A stretch of DNA of 40,206 bases, from NCBI GenBank assembly GCA_964531505.1, contig CAZHDT010000004.1, positions 1 through 40,206 on the forward strand, in the 5' to 3' direction. The notes under the pieces were generated by a model, which did no database searches, was not told the DNA's origin, and saw only the letters and a program-made list of their open reading frames with translations. Source of the DNA: an uncultured Gammaproteobacteria bacterium. Lineage in GTDB: Bacteria; Patescibacteriota; Patescibacteriia; UBA2591; UBA6264. Position 1 is the first letter of the stretch; every line of letters begins with the position of its first letter. Position numbers and translations under genes: made by a program. Below, in pieces: positions 7,865 to 17,508 of the stretch.

Positions 7865-10165
7865 TTAATCATCGTCACTGTTTTCTTTTTCTTCTTCATC
7901 ATATTCATTTTCGTCTCCATTTTCTTGTTCTTGGTCTTCTTTATATTCCGCGATTTCATTTTCCGCTTCCGGTAAACGATAAACTTCTCTTGCCTTAGCT
8001 CCTTCCGCCGGACCAATTGTTCCTTCTTCTTCAAGTAAATCTAAAAGCCGCGCGGCTCGAGCATAACCAACTCGAAGACGACGTTGTAAAAAAGACGCGG
8101 AAGCTTTGCCCGTTTTAATCACTAAATCTCTAGTTTCCGATAAAAGGTCATCTTCTTTTAAATCGCTTTGTTCTTTAAATTCTCCCGGCAAATTATTTAT
8201 CTTTTGGTCTCGAGTAATATCTTCTTGAAAATTGGGTTCAGTCACGTTTCTTAAATATTCCACAATCTTTTTTACTTCTTGGTCTGAAACAAAAGCGGCT
8301 TGAATTCTTTTTGGTTTAGAAAGTTCTGAAGACATAAAAAGCATATCTCCCCGTCCCAACAACTTTTCCGCTCCGGAGAAATCAAGAATCGTTCTTGAAT
8401 CCATTAAAGAGGCAACTGAAAATGCCACTCTAGCCGTAATATTAGCTTTAATTAAACCAGTAATTACATCCACTGAAGGTCTTTGAGTCGCCATAATTAG
8501 ATGAATGCCAGTCGCTCTGGCCATTTGAGCCAAACGAACAATACAAACTTCAACATCTTGGGACGCTGAAGACATTAAATCCGCTAATTCATCAATAATA
8601 ATAACAATAAAGGGCAATTTATCATCTGGATGTGATTCGTTATATGACTGAATGTCGCGCTTTTTTGCTTCTGCCATTATATCAAAACGACGTTCCATTT
8701 CATTAACAGCCCATTTTAAAGCATTAACTGTTTTTTGAGTATTAGTAATAACCGGCGTTAATAAGTGAGGCAAATCATTATAAAGGGTTAATTCCACTCT
8801 TTTGGGGTCTACTAAAATAAATTTTAAATCATCAGGCGAATTTTGATAAATCAAACTGATAATAATCGCGTTTAAAAATATGGTTTTCCCTGAACCGGTT
8901 GAACCGGCTACCAAACAATGAGGCATTCTGGCAATGTCGGCCAACCAGATATTGCCGGCGACATCCCGTCCTAAAGCAACCGATAAATTAGATTTTCTTT
9001 TTATAAAAATCTGGTCTGATAAAATCTTCCTTAACCGAATCGTTGCCACTTTTTGATTAGGAACTTCGATTCCGACTAATGATTGACCGGGAATTGGCGC
9101 TTCAATTCTAATCGGATGAGCAGCTAATGCCAATGATAAGTCGTTATGCAGGCTGGTAATCTTAGAAAGTTTTACTCCTTGCGCCGGTTTAAGGGTATAC
9201 TGAGCGACTGTTGGTCCAATTTTTATTTCTCCCATTTCTACCGGAATATTAAAATTCTCCAAAGTTTTCTTAATAATATATCTATTTTCCTCAACATTTC
9301 CAGCATCCGGTTCAGTTGATTCTGAAGCTAATAATTCCAATGGCAAATCTATTTTTTTATTTATTTTTTTATAAGAAACTGCCATTTCTCCATCCTTATC
9401 AAAATCCTTTTCTTTAGCAAAAATATTTTTTCTTTTTATTTTAATTTCTTGGTCCGGCTCTGTTTCACGCTGAGCTAAAATTTTCTCCGGAGCTTCCGGC
9501 TTTAAAACCAGTTTTTCCTTTTTATTTTGAAAAAGATTTTTAAAAAGTCCCCTCTCTTCCAATTTTACTTCTTCTATTTCGTCTTCATCTCCAGATTCCC
9601 CTTCTTCATCTTTTTTAAAATTAAAAAAGCCAATTAAAATAATAATTAAACTAATGATAATCGCGCCTAAAAAAATAACCCAACTCGCCAATAAACCAAA
9701 AGTATTAGATAAAACATAACTCAAAGCATAACCCAAATAACCACCGCCTTGATGTTCAATTAACGCAGTTTGATTATTTACAAAAGATAAATGGAATAAG
9801 CCAGCAATCATTAAAATCAAAAAAATCAAACTTCCGGAACGAGCGGCTAAAGAAGGATATTTTCGCTCTGAATCGCCGTTCATTGATTTTACTTTTTCAA
9901 AATTTAAAACCATTAAACCGATTATTGCCAGAACAAAAGGAACAAGCCAGGATGCCCAGCCAACCGCAATTTTAATTCCCAATACTAAAAAATCTCCGGC
10001 TACACCGGCTAAACTAACCAAACCAAGAAATAAAATAATCGCCAAAATAAATAAAACTATGGCGATTATCAAGCGCTGGGTCTTAATATTAAGAGAAATT
10101 CTTGATTCTTTTTTTTGGAATTTTTTTTCCCTTTTAAGGGATGATTGGTTTTTCTTTTTAACCAT
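7865..10165 (-). CDS. ftsK: DNA translocase FtsK/SpoIIIE
   Basis: N-terminal TMs, AGSTGSGKT, IIIDELADLM, ATQRPSVDVITG, gamma domain LQRRLRVGYARAARL. Start moved to ATG 10165 to remove overlap with rpoC. Confidence 0.97.
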   Translation of the reverse strand: MVKKKNQSSLKREKKFQKKESRISLNIKTQRLIIAIVLFILAIILFLGLVSLAGVAGDFLVLGIKIAVGWASWLVPFVLAIIGLMVLNFEKVKSMNGDSERKYPSLAARSGSLIFLILMIAGLFHLSFVNNQTALIEHQGGGYLGYALSYVLSNTFGLLASWVIFLGAIIISLIIILIGFFNFKKDEEGESGDEDEIEEVKLEERGLFKNLFQNKKEKLVLKPEAPEKILAQRETEPDQEIKIKRKNIFAKEKDFDKDGEMAVSYKKINKKIDLPLELLASESTEPDAGNVEENRYIIKKTLENFNIPVEMGEIKIGPTVAQYTLKPAQGVKLSKITSLHNDLSLALAAHPIRIEAPIPGQSLVGIEVPNQKVATIRLRKILSDQIFIKRKSNLSVALGRDVAGNIWLADIARMPHCLVAGSTGSGKTIFLNAIIISLIYQNSPDDLKFILVDPKRVELTLYNDLPHLLTPVITNTQKTVNALKWAVNEMERRFDIMAEAKKRDIQSYNESHPDDKLPFIVIIIDELADLMSSASQDVEVCIVRLAQMARATGIHLIMATQRPSVDVITGLIKANITARVAFSVASLMDSRTILDFSGAEKLLGRGDMLFMSSELSKPKRIQAAFVSDQEVKKIVEYLRNVTEPNFQEDITRDQKINNLPGEFKEQSDLKEDDLLSETRDLVIKTGKASASFLQRRLRVGYARAARLLDLLEEEGTIGPAEGAKAREVYRLPEAENEIAEYKEDQEQENGDENEYDEEEKENSDDD

Positions 10166-10181
10166 GACTAAATGATTAAAA

Positions 10182-13100
10182 TTATTTTTGAGAAATTTTA
10201 AAATTTTTAAGACCAGTTCCCACTGGAATAAGCCTACCAACGATTACATTTTCTTTCAAGCCTCTTAAGTAATCATGTCGGCCACTAATCGCCGCTTTTA
10301 CTAAAACTCTTGAAGTTTCTTGAAAAGAAGCAGCCGCCAACCAACTGTCAGTGGAAAGAGATACGCGGGTAATCCCTAAAAGTTGTTCATCTCCCTTAGC
10401 TGGCTCCTTGCCTTGTTTTTTTATTTCCTGATTACATTCAAATAAATAATTTTTGGGCACTAATTCACCGGCTAAAAGATTTGTTTCTCCACCATCCTTA
10501 ATTAAACAACGAGAAAACATCTGCTTAATAATTATTTCTACATGCCGATTGTTCAAACTTTGCCCCTGAGAAGAATAAATATAACTAATTTCTTTAAGAA
10601 TATATTTCTGAGTAGCTTCTTTTCCTCTTAAAGAATAAAGTTCTCTTAAATCAAGGCTCCCATCTGTCAATTGCTGTCCTACTTTCACTTTTTCTCCATC
10701 TTTAACCCAAATATCATAACCGGTAACATCATATTCTTCTTGGTCATCCGCTTCTGAAAGAACCTTAATTATTCCTTTTTCTAATTTAATTATTCCCTTG
10801 TATTTTGCTTTAATTTTCCGATTTTTTACACCAGAAGTATATTCTCTTTTAATGGAAAGACTTGCCAAAATATCTCCTTTTTTTACTTCTTCTCCATTCT
10901 TAATATTTATTTTCCAATCTTCTTCATCATCTAAAAGATAAACTTCTTCCTTTTTTCCTTTATATTTGATAACAATCTTTTTTTCGTTTTTTTCCTGAAT
11001 TAATTTAATCAAACCATCATGGTTGGCCATAATCGCTTTTTTCTTAACTGGTCTAACTTCAAAAATTTCTTCCACTCTTGGCAAGCCTTGAGTAATATCT
11101 TTTCCTGCCACCCCTCCAGTATGGAAAGTTCTTAGAGTAAGCTGGGTGCCAGGTTCGCCAATGCTCTGAGCGGCAATAACCCCAACTGGTGTGCCAATTT
11201 TCACCGGTTTATTGTAACCAAGGTCATAACCATAACACTTGGCGCAAATCCCTCTTTCTGCTTGGCAGGTTAAAACTGATCTAATATAAACTTTTTCCGG
11301 ATTAATTTCATTAATTTTATCCGCTTGTTCTGAATTAACAGTTTCTTCAGCTTTAACAATAACTTTATTTGTTTTGGGGTCTTTAATTTCTTTAAGAACA
11401 GTTCGGCCAAATAAACGACTGCGCCAATTTTCATCCATTTCTTCATTTTCTTCCCGAGTTAAACAAATTCCTTTTTTGTCTCCGCAATCTTCTTCATAAA
11501 CGATAATATCCTGACAAACATCAACCATTCTTCTGGTTAAATAACCAGCGGCAGCGGTTTTTAAAGCCATATCCGCTGTCCCCTTTCTTGAACCATGAGT
11601 GGAAATAAAATATTCCAAAACATTAAATCCATCTTTAAAAGAAGATTTAATTGGAAGTTCAATTAATTTTCCTGTCGGAGAAGAAACAATTCCGCGCATT
11701 CCGAACATTTGCGCTAACTGAATCCAAGAACCCCTAGCTCCTGATTCAACCATAAAGAAAACAGGTGAATTCAAAGGAGGATTTTCTTTAACAATTTTAG
11801 TAATTTGATTTTTTGCGGTTATCCAAACTTCAATACTTTTTAAATAACGCTCATCTTCCGCCAATAAACCCATATCATATTGGGATTGTATTTCATCTAC
11901 TTTTTTTTGCGCTTGTTTTAAAATAGCTTCTTTTTCCGGCAAATCAGGCAAATCATCAATTCCCCAAGAGAGTCCGGATAAAGTTAAATAAGCAAGAGTT
12001 GTTTCCTTTACCCGATCTAAAAGAGCGACTGTTCCTTCTTCACCATATTTTTCAATGGATTTATTAACTATTTTTTTAAGCTTCCCTTTATCTATTTCTT
12101 CATTGGTATTATAAAGTCCGGGAAGTAAAATACTATTAAAAATCAACCGACCAACACTTACTTCTTCCACTTTGCCCTCAATTCTAACTTTAATATTTTC
12201 TTGCAACTCTATTTTTTTATTTTGATAAGCAAGCATCGCTTCATTAAAATCGCTAAAAACTAACATATTTTCTTTTTCCTTCAGTAAATGGGTTAAATAA
12301 TAAGCGCCCCAAACCATATCTTGACCTGGAGTGACAATTGGTTCTCCTGTCGCTGGCTTTAAAAGATTATGAGTAGAAAGAATAATATCTCTTGCCTCTT
12401 CCCTTGCTTTTTCTGTAATAGGAACATGAACAGCCATTTGATCTCCATCAAAATCAGCGTTAAAAGCGGCGCAAACTAAAGGGTGAATCTGAATAGCTTT
12501 TCCTTCAATCAAAACCGGTTGAAAAGCCTGAATACCTAATCGATGCAAAGTCGGAGCACGATTTAAAAGCACATAAGATTTTTTGGTTATTTCCTCTAAA
12601 ATTGACCAAACATCTTCTGTCCCTTCTTCAATTAACCGGTTAGCGCTTCTCACATTGTGAATAATTTCTCTTTTAATTAATTCACTGGCAATAAATGGCT
12701 TAAAAAGTTCCAAAGCCATAATTTTAGGCAAACCGCATTGATTAAGTTTTAAATTAGGACCAACAACAATAACGGAACGTCCGGAATAATCAACTCTTTT
12801 TCCTAATAAATTTTGCCTGAATCGCCCTTGTTTTCCTTTTAAAATATCTGCTAAAGATTTTAATGGCCTTCTTTGTCCGGTTGAAGAAATCGTGGTTTTT
12901 CCAGAACGCATTTCATTATCAATTAAAGCATCCACTGCTTCCTGAAGCATTCTTTTCTCGTTTCTTAAAATAACCTCTGGCGCTTTTAATTCATAAAGCC
13001 TTTTTAAACGATTATTTCTATTAATAACCCGGCGATAAAGATCATTTAAATCGGATGAAGCAAAACGTCCCCCGTCTAAGGGAACTAATGGTCTTAAATC

Positions 13101-13991
13101 AGGAGGAATAACCGGCAAAATCCTTAAAATCATATTTTCCGGATTTATTTTATTGGCTGTAAAACTGCTTAAAGTTTTAATCCTTTGTGATAATTTTTTA
13201 TTTTTAATTGGATTAATTGTTTTAGATTTTTCTTTTTCCAAATCTTTGATTAATTTTAATAAATCAACATTGTGTAAAAGTTTTAAAAGGGCTTCTGCTC
13301 CAATTCCAGCTTCAAAGATGTGGCCGTATTTTAAAGACAATTCCCGATATTCTAATTCTGTTAAAAGCGTTCCTATTATAATTTCGTTAATTTCTTTTTT
13401 TGTTTCCTGATAATTTTTATTTAATTCATCCAATTCTTTTTCCGACCCGCCTTTTAATTCCTTTTTCTTTTCTTTAAATTCTGCTTCTAATTCAATGAAA
13501 ATTTCCTTCTTTAAACTTTCATTGACGCTGATAACAACAAAATTTGCAAAATAAACAACCTTTTCCATGGCTTGAACCGTCATATTCAAAATCAAGCCAA
13601 TTCGAGAAGGCATACTTCTTAAAAACCAAATATGAGTCACTGGCGCGGCTAAAGTAATATGTCCCATTCTTTCCCGGCGAACCAAACTTCGAGTAACTTC
13701 CACCCCGCAACGGTCACAAACAATTCCCCGATAACGAAGCTTTTTATATTTACCGCAAGCGCATTGCCAATCTTTTACCGGACCAAATATTTTTTGACAA
13801 AATAAACCATCTCGCTCCGGCTTTCGACTCCGATAATTAATAGTTTCCGGTTTTAAAACTTCACCATGAGACCAAAAACGAATTTCGTCCGGAGAAGCTA
13901 AACGTAAACGAATTGATTTAAAATCAAAAGAATCTTCTCTTTGATCTTCTTTTGGTAAGTTTAGATTGCTAATATTCGATGGTGTTAGCAT
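10182..13991 (-). CDS. rpoC: DNA-directed RNA polymerase subunit beta'
   Basis: NADFDGD catalytic motif, Zn finger, GKRVDYSGR, trigger loop GEPGTQLTLRTFH. Confidence 0.99.
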   Translation of the reverse strand: MLTPSNISNLNLPKEDQREDSFDFKSIRLRLASPDEIRFWSHGEVLKPETINYRSRKPERDGLFCQKIFGPVKDWQCACGKYKKLRYRGIVCDRCGVEVTRSLVRRERMGHITLAAPVTHIWFLRSMPSRIGLILNMTVQAMEKVVYFANFVVISVNESLKKEIFIELEAEFKEKKKELKGGSEKELDELNKNYQETKKEINEIIIGTLLTELEYRELSLKYGHIFEAGIGAEALLKLLHNVDLLKLIKDLEKEKSKTINPIKNKKLSQRIKTLSSFTANKINPENMILRILPVIPPDLRPLVPLDGGRFASSDLNDLYRRVINRNNRLKRLYELKAPEVILRNEKRMLQEAVDALIDNEMRSGKTTISSTGQRRPLKSLADILKGKQGRFRQNLLGKRVDYSGRSVIVVGPNLKLNQCGLPKIMALELFKPFIASELIKREIIHNVRSANRLIEEGTEDVWSILEEITKKSYVLLNRAPTLHRLGIQAFQPVLIEGKAIQIHPLVCAAFNADFDGDQMAVHVPITEKAREEARDIILSTHNLLKPATGEPIVTPGQDMVWGAYYLTHLLKEKENMLVFSDFNEAMLAYQNKKIELQENIKVRIEGKVEEVSVGRLIFNSILLPGLYNTNEEIDKGKLKKIVNKSIEKYGEEGTVALLDRVKETTLAYLTLSGLSWGIDDLPDLPEKEAILKQAQKKVDEIQSQYDMGLLAEDERYLKSIEVWITAKNQITKIVKENPPLNSPVFFMVESGARGSWIQLAQMFGMRGIVSSPTGKLIELPIKSSFKDGFNVLEYFISTHGSRKGTADMALKTAAAGYLTRRMVDVCQDIIVYEEDCGDKKGICLTREENEEMDENWRSRLFGRTVLKEIKDPKTNKVIVKAEETVNSEQADKINEINPEKVYIRSVLTCQAERGICAKCYGYDLGYNKPVKIGTPVGVIAAQSIGEPGTQLTLRTFHTGGVAGKDITQGLPRVEEIFEVRPVKKKAIMANHDGLIKLIQEKNEKKIVIKYKGKKEEVYLLDDEEDWKINIKNGEEVKKGDILASLSIKREYTSGVKNRKIKAKYKGIIKLEKGIIKVLSEADDQEEYDVTGYDIWVKDGEKVKVGQQLTDGSLDLRELYSLRGKEATQKYILKEISYIYSSQGQSLNNRHVEIIIKQMFSRCLIKDGGETNLLAGELVPKNYLFECNQEIKKQGKEPAKGDEQLLGITRVSLSTDSWLAAASFQETSRVLVKAAISGRHDYLRGLKENVIVGRLIPVGTGLKNFKISQK

Positions 13992-14023
13992 ATTTATAAA
14001 TTAAAAATTTAATCGAATAAAAT

Positions 14024-14050
14024 ATCCTTAGGAGTAATTATCCCAAGGAT
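14024..14050 (-). other. Stem-loop in the rpoB-rpoC intergenic region
   Basis: Minus strand ATCCTTGGGA-TAATTAC-TCCTAAGGAT (one G.U pair), followed by ATTTT. Confidence 0.4.
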
Positions 14051-14057
14051 TTATTTT

Positions 14058-17000
14058 TTATCTTTTTTCTTTTCTTTTGTCGTCTTTCATCATTTCCACG
14101 TTCAAGCATAATCCCTTTAATTCTCGGACTAAAACACTAAAAGATTCGGGAATATTTATATCCTTGATGGTTTCTCCTTTAATAATGGCTTCATAAGCCT
14201 TTGTCCGTCCAGTAACATCATCTGATTTAATAGTTAACATCTCCTGTAAGGTATAAGCGGCCCCATATCCTTCCAATGCCCAGACTTCCATTTCTCCAAA
14301 TCTTTGTCCGCCAAATTGGGCTTTACCACCTAAAGGCTGTTGAGTAATTAAAGAATATGGTCCAATTGAACGCTGATGGATTTTATCTTCCACTAAATGA
14401 TTTAATTTCATAAAATAGGTATAACCAACAGTCACTTGTTCTTTAAACGCCTCTCCGGTTCGTCCATTATAAAGAGTCATTTTTCCATTAGAAATAAATC
14501 CCGCTTTAACTAACTCCTTTTTAATGGTTTCTTCATTAATTCCGTTTAAAGCCGGGGTAGCCACTTTATAACCTAACTTTTCAGCGGCCAAACCCAAATG
14601 AATTTCTAAAATCTGTCCTAAATTCATTCTAGAAACGACACCTAATGGATTTAAAATTATATCAATCGGTCGGCCATTTTCCAAATAAGGCATATCTTCT
14701 TGGGGAACAATTTTAGAAACAACTCCTTTATTTCCGTGCCGGCCAGCCATTTTATCTCCAATTTGAACTTTTCTTAAATCTGCCACTAAAACTTGAATTG
14801 ATTTAACCACTCCAGGCGCCAGTTTATCTCCTTTTTCTCTGGAAAAAATTTTCACGCCGATTACTTTGCCATGTTCTCCGTGTTCCAAATAAAGTGATGA
14901 ATCTCTAACATCCTGGGCTTTTTCTCCAAAAATAGCGCGAAGTAATTTTTCTTCCGCGCTTAATTCGGCTTCCCCTTTTGGCGTAATTTTTCCCACTAAA
15001 ATATCGCCGGATTTAACTTCTGCTCCCACCCTAATAATTCCTTCCTCATCCAAATTTCTTAATTTTTCTTCGCTCACATTTGGAATATCACGAGTAGTGG
15101 TTTCCGGTCCAAATTTTGTTTCTCTAATATCAATTGTATGTTCATCAATATGCAAAGAACTAAATTTATCACTCTGAACTAAACGAGAAGAAATAAGAAT
15201 CGCATCTTCATAATTGCCTCCTTCCCATGGCATATAAGCGCCTAAAATATTTTGGCCCAAAGCCAATTCGCCTTCATTAGTAGACGAACCGCCAGCTAAA
15301 ACTTCTCCTTTAATAACTTGCTGTCCTTTTTCAATTAAAGGAGTTTGATTAAAACAAGTGTCAAAATTTGATCGTTCGTATTTATTTAAAATATAAGTTT
15401 TACTTTTTCCAGAATTTCCCATTAAAACAATATGGTCTGCATCTACTTCTTTAATTTTTCCACTTTCTTCAGCAATAACTAAATGACCTGAATCACGAGC
15501 AATTTTTTCTTCCACCCCTGTACCAACAATCGGGGCTTCCGGTCTAATTAAAGGCACCGCTTGCTTCTGCATATTGGTGCCCATTAAAGCTCTAATTCCA
15601 TCATCATGTTCCAAAAATGGAATTAAAGAAGTAGCGATACTAATAATTTGATTAGCCGCCACATCAATAAATTCGACTTCTGAAACATTGCAAAAACCAG
15701 GTTTTCCGTGAATTCTTGCTTCAACAATTTTTTCTTCAAGGCAATTATCTTTTATTTTAATTGAAAAAGGAACAAGAATGTGTTGCTCCTCTTCCCAAGC
15801 ATTTAAATAAATAATTTCTTTGGTTAATTTTCCATTAACTACTTTACGATAAGGAGTTTCAAGAAAACCATATTCATTAATTCTGGTATAACAAGCCAAA
15901 TGACTTACTAAACCAACGTTTGGTCCTTCCGGAGTCGCAATGGGGCAAATTCTTCCATAATAAGTGCGATGGACGTCCCTCACTTCAAATCCTGCTCTTT
16001 CTCGGCTTAAACCACCAGGACCAGCAACTGTTAATCTTCTTTTATGCGATAATTCTGAAAGAACATTGGTTTGGTCCATAAATTGGGAGAGCTGAGATGA
16101 CATAAAAAATTCTTTTAATATTCCGCTAATTGGCCTAATATTAATCAATTGACCTGGAGTTATTTTCCCTTCTGCCGTACTCATTCTATCCCTAACAATC
16201 CTTTGTAATCTAAGCATACCAACCCTCATTCTATTTTGAACTAATTCGCCAACCGCTCTAATTCTGCGATTAGCTAAGTGGTCAATATCATCCGCATGTT
16301 CCTGGGTTAAATTTAATCTAATAACTTCTTTAATAATTTCCTTTAAATCTTCCGGTCTTAAAACTCGTTCTTTTATTTTATCTCCAAAATTAAGTCGACT
16401 GTTTATTTTATATCTTCCAACTTTGCTTAAATCGTAGCGGTTGGGATGAAAAAACATAGCATAAATCAAAGATTTAGCATTATCCACTGTGGCTAAATCT
16501 CCGGGACGAATTTTACGATAAACCTCAATTAACCCCTCTTCTTCTGAAGCAGAAGGGTCTTTTTCTAAAGTCGCGGTAATATAATCAAGAGCAGACACAT
16601 CTTCTACTTGGTCTTTGCCATGAGTTTTAGTCCTTTTTTCTACTGGAACAAATAAATCTAAAATTTCTTTGTCTGTCCCATAACCAAAAACCCTTAATAA
16701 AGAAGTGGCTGGGGTTTTTCTTTGTCTGTCAATTCTCGCCCAAATCACTTTTTTTGCATCAGTTTCAAATTCAAGCCAAGCGCCTCGGTCCGGAATAATT
16801 TTTGCTCCGTAAAGGTATGTTCCCTTAACCATTTCCCGACTAAACAATACTCCTGCTGACCTAATAAGCTGTTGAACCACAACTCTTTCAATTCCATTAA
16901 TAATAAAAGTTCCCCTTTCACTCATGAGGGGAATATCACTAAAATAAACTTCTTGGTCTTGTTGACGCCCGGTTTTTTTATTAATGAGGCGGACTTTTAA

Positions 17001-17261
17001 AGTTAAGGGCGCTTCGTATGTTAAATTTCTATTTTTACTAATGATTTCGTCAAACTTTGGAGCACCCAAAGAACAGTCTAAAAAATGCAACTCAAAATTC
17101 TTTCCCACGGCATCTTCAATTGGAGAAAATTCCTTGATTAATTCCTTAATCCCTTGTTTTAAAAACCAATAATAAGAATCTTTTTGGATTAGAGTTAAGT
17201 CCGGAAGTTCAAAATTGGGGCGGGACTCGGGAAAATATTTTCTTTCTTTTTTAAAAGACAT
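14058..17261 (-). CDS. rpoB: DNA-directed RNA polymerase subunit beta
   Basis: SQLSQFMDQ, GDKMAGRHGNKG, GGQRFGEMEVWALE; ATG start at 17261 preferred over the TTG at 17294. Confidence 0.99.
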   Translation of the reverse strand: MSFKKERKYFPESRPNFELPDLTLIQKDSYYWFLKQGIKELIKEFSPIEDAVGKNFELHFLDCSLGAPKFDEIISKNRNLTYEAPLTLKVRLINKKTGRQQDQEVYFSDIPLMSERGTFIINGIERVVVQQLIRSAGVLFSREMVKGTYLYGAKIIPDRGAWLEFETDAKKVIWARIDRQRKTPATSLLRVFGYGTDKEILDLFVPVEKRTKTHGKDQVEDVSALDYITATLEKDPSASEEEGLIEVYRKIRPGDLATVDNAKSLIYAMFFHPNRYDLSKVGRYKINSRLNFGDKIKERVLRPEDLKEIIKEVIRLNLTQEHADDIDHLANRRIRAVGELVQNRMRVGMLRLQRIVRDRMSTAEGKITPGQLINIRPISGILKEFFMSSQLSQFMDQTNVLSELSHKRRLTVAGPGGLSRERAGFEVRDVHRTYYGRICPIATPEGPNVGLVSHLACYTRINEYGFLETPYRKVVNGKLTKEIIYLNAWEEEQHILVPFSIKIKDNCLEEKIVEARIHGKPGFCNVSEVEFIDVAANQIISIATSLIPFLEHDDGIRALMGTNMQKQAVPLIRPEAPIVGTGVEEKIARDSGHLVIAEESGKIKEVDADHIVLMGNSGKSKTYILNKYERSNFDTCFNQTPLIEKGQQVIKGEVLAGGSSTNEGELALGQNILGAYMPWEGGNYEDAILISSRLVQSDKFSSLHIDEHTIDIRETKFGPETTTRDIPNVSEEKLRNLDEEGIIRVGAEVKSGDILVGKITPKGEAELSAEEKLLRAIFGEKAQDVRDSSLYLEHGEHGKVIGVKIFSREKGDKLAPGVVKSIQVLVADLRKVQIGDKMAGRHGNKGVVSKIVPQEDMPYLENGRPIDIILNPLGVVSRMNLGQILEIHLGLAAEKLGYKVATPALNGINEETIKKELVKAGFISNGKMTLYNGRTGEAFKEQVTVGYTYFMKLNHLVEDKIHQRSIGPYSLITQQPLGGKAQFGGQRFGEMEVWALEGYGAAYTLQEMLTIKSDDVTGRTKAYEAIIKGETIKDINIPESFSVLVRELKGLCLNVEMMKDDKRKEKR

Positions 17262-17289
17262 AAAAAATAAGATAAAAATATTTTTTAGA

Positions 17290-17321
17290 GACAAAAAAAC
17301 CTAGGAAAGATATCTTTCCTA
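17290..17321 (-). terminator. Attenuator-like hairpin plus U-tract in the rpoB leader
   Basis: 20-bp palindrome TAGGAAAGATATCTTTCCTA (17302-17321) followed on the minus strand by GGTTTTTTTGTC. Confidence 0.5.
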
Positions 17322-17400
17322 AAAAATACAGATTTATTTAAATTTTTTATATAAAATAGATTTGAAATATAAAAGATTAATCTAAATTAATTGTTTTATT

Positions 17401-17429
17401 ACAATAACAGAAACGGTGTTTTTTGTCAA
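17401..17429 (-). promoter_or_regulatory. Putative rpoBC promoter
   Basis: Minus strand TTGACA (17429-17424), 17 nt, TATTGT with TGn extended -10. Confidence 0.55.
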
Positions 17430-17508
17430 GAAATTTTTTAAAATTTTAACCTATACTTTTCCTCTTATTTAAGCCAAAAAATAAAGTTTTCCACATTTAA
17501 TCCACAGG

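Noticed and set aside
7822-8034. Lys-rich 70-aa ORF
   Set aside because: Alternative frame of the acidic GAA-rich tail of ftsK.
10166-10240. N-terminal extension of FtsK overlapping rpoC
   Set aside because: ORF-caller maximal start; ATG 10165 avoids the overlap. The same applies to the extensions of rpoB, murE, rplC and rpsJ.
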